A stretch of DNA of 63,049 bases, filler included, from Hyphochytrium catenoides (Eukaryota > Protista > Hyphochytriomycota), in assembly GCA_900088475.1 (NCBI GenBank). It is 3 parts of 3 records of this genome, joined end to end, with 100 filler letters (N's around TTAATTAATTAA, not from the genome) between each part and the next. Parts side by side here need not be neighbours in the genome. Positions count along the whole stretch, not along the records: positions 61,397 to 63,049 come from FLMG01003711.1; 2 more parts are not named here. One strand, 5' to 3'. The position numbers and the translations under genes were made by a program. This document shows positions 61,810 to 63,049 of the stretch, in pieces. The notes under the pieces are model-generated. The model saw nothing but the letters and a program-made list of their open reading frames with translations. It was not told the origin of the DNA and did not search any database. Within the stretch, counting starts at the first letter, position 1, and each line of letters begins with the position of its first letter.

Positions 61810-62840
61810 TGATCGTCAAGCAGATCGTCGAAGCGCTTGCCGCCCTTCACTCGCGGAACATCCTCCACCTCGACTTAAAACCTGAAAATATTCTTTTTCT
61901 CAACCGCGAGCCCGACTCCCCTATCAAAATCACGGACTTTGGCCTCAGCAGAATCGTTCAACGGTCCAAATCCGGAGTGAACTTACAAAGCATCACCGAG
62001 GAAAATGCCCGAGGTCCCGTGGGCAGCGTGGGATATCTCGCGCCTGAGGTGATTCTCAATCGTCACTACTCTTCAGCGGCCGATGTATGGGCTTGTGGGG
62101 TTATTCTGTACATTCTTCTTGTCGGGTATCCGCCCTTTGCAGGCGACTCTGTCTCGCAGGTCTTTACCAATACGATCAATGGGACCTTCGACCAGTGCAA
62201 AGGAGGCGCGTGGGAGAGTATCTCTCCTAGTGCAAAGGACTTAGTACTGAAGATGCTCACAATCAACGCGGGAGAAAGAATAACGACAGGAGAGATTCTC
62301 TCCCATCCCTGGATTCTCTCTTCTGGTGGAGGAGAGAGCTCTTCTCTCTTAGACTCTGTCAATCTTAACATCTTCAACGCGGCAAGGAAGCTCAATGAGA
62401 AACGATTGGGCCTTATAACGGCAATGAAGAATCTTCTCTTTGATGAAGATCGCTTCTGGGACAATGTAGGGAAAGACCTGGTGTCAATTCTCTATGCAGA
62501 GACAGCGCCAGCTACAGACGGACAGCTGGACGAGGAGCAGATGATCCTGGTGATGAGAGAGTTAGAGCTCTCTCCTCTTCTCTCCGCATCGGCATTCTTC
62601 TCTCTCTGTGACGAAGATAAAGACGGCCTTACGGATCACACAGATTTCTTTAGGACAGTGCGATACATTCGCAATGCAAACCCGCAGTTTCTGAAGATTG
62701 TCTTTGATGGGTTTGTCCGGGCTCCAGGCTTTTATCAGAGGTGGAAGACTAACAAAAGGTTAGACGTGGACTCTCTCTTTGATGAGCCTGTGCCTCCCAC
62801 CGCGGTGTTCAAGAAGAGTCATGTCCTCGCGGCGTGTAAG
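61810..62840 (+). CDS. Internal exon of a Ca2+/calmodulin-regulated Ser/Thr kinase (CAMK/CDPK/CCaMK-like) with an EF-hand-like region; partial
   Basis: Polypyrimidine acceptor CCCCAG at 61809 and donor GTGAGG at 62841. Motifs: HLDLKPEN, DFG, GSVGYLAPE, DVWACGVILYILLVGYPPF, SAKDLV..HPWI, FNAARKL and the loop DEDKDGLTDHTDF. Confidence 0.9.
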
Positions 62841-63049
62841 GTGAGGAAGGAAGAGACTCCAAGGCTCTCTCTTCTCTTTTCTCAACTTTTCTCTCTCGGG
62901 GCCTCTCTTGCTCAGTTGTGTTTTCTGTTCTCTCTCTCTTTCTCTCTTTCTGTCTGTTGATAGGGCTTTTGTCCTCATTCTCTCTTGTCGCTACAGAGTC
63001 TCTCTTCCGTTCCCCAGTTCTCTATTCTCTCTCTCTCTCTCTCTCTCTC

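Overview
Draft-quality genomic DNA from a microbial eukaryote, with GT-AG introns of about 60-400 nt and abundant (GA)n/(CT)n tracts. A nucleus-encoded Cox1-c and WRKY19-like zinc-finger proteins are compatible with a stramenopile-like protist, but the taxon is an inference. The window joins several contigs: there are three N gaps, two carrying an artificial TTAATTAATTAA spacer. The first ~31 kb is gene-dense. It holds a ~6.85-kb apparently intronless gene that, after correcting three -1 frameshifts, encodes one ~2,280-aa protein: SAM-like, Macro, NUDIX, PARP-type ADP-ribosyltransferase, coiled coil, DEAH RNA helicase (HA2/OB), KH and class-II nucleotidyltransferase. This is the standout candidate for an undescribed RNA-sensing/ADP-ribosylation defence system. 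It is followed by PIG-C, RFC3, an OCA6-like pseudophosphatase, UTP14, Cox1-c, a GH20 beta-hexosaminidase, a PDI-family protein and a CX5R phosphatase. The 31-61 kb segment is gene-poor, with local duplications and three paralogous single-exon C-X4-C-X9/10-C-X2-H zinc-finger-repeat genes. The window ends in a partial Ca2+/calmodulin-type kinase with an EF-hand-like loop. All domain calls come from motif recognition by eye; no searches were run.
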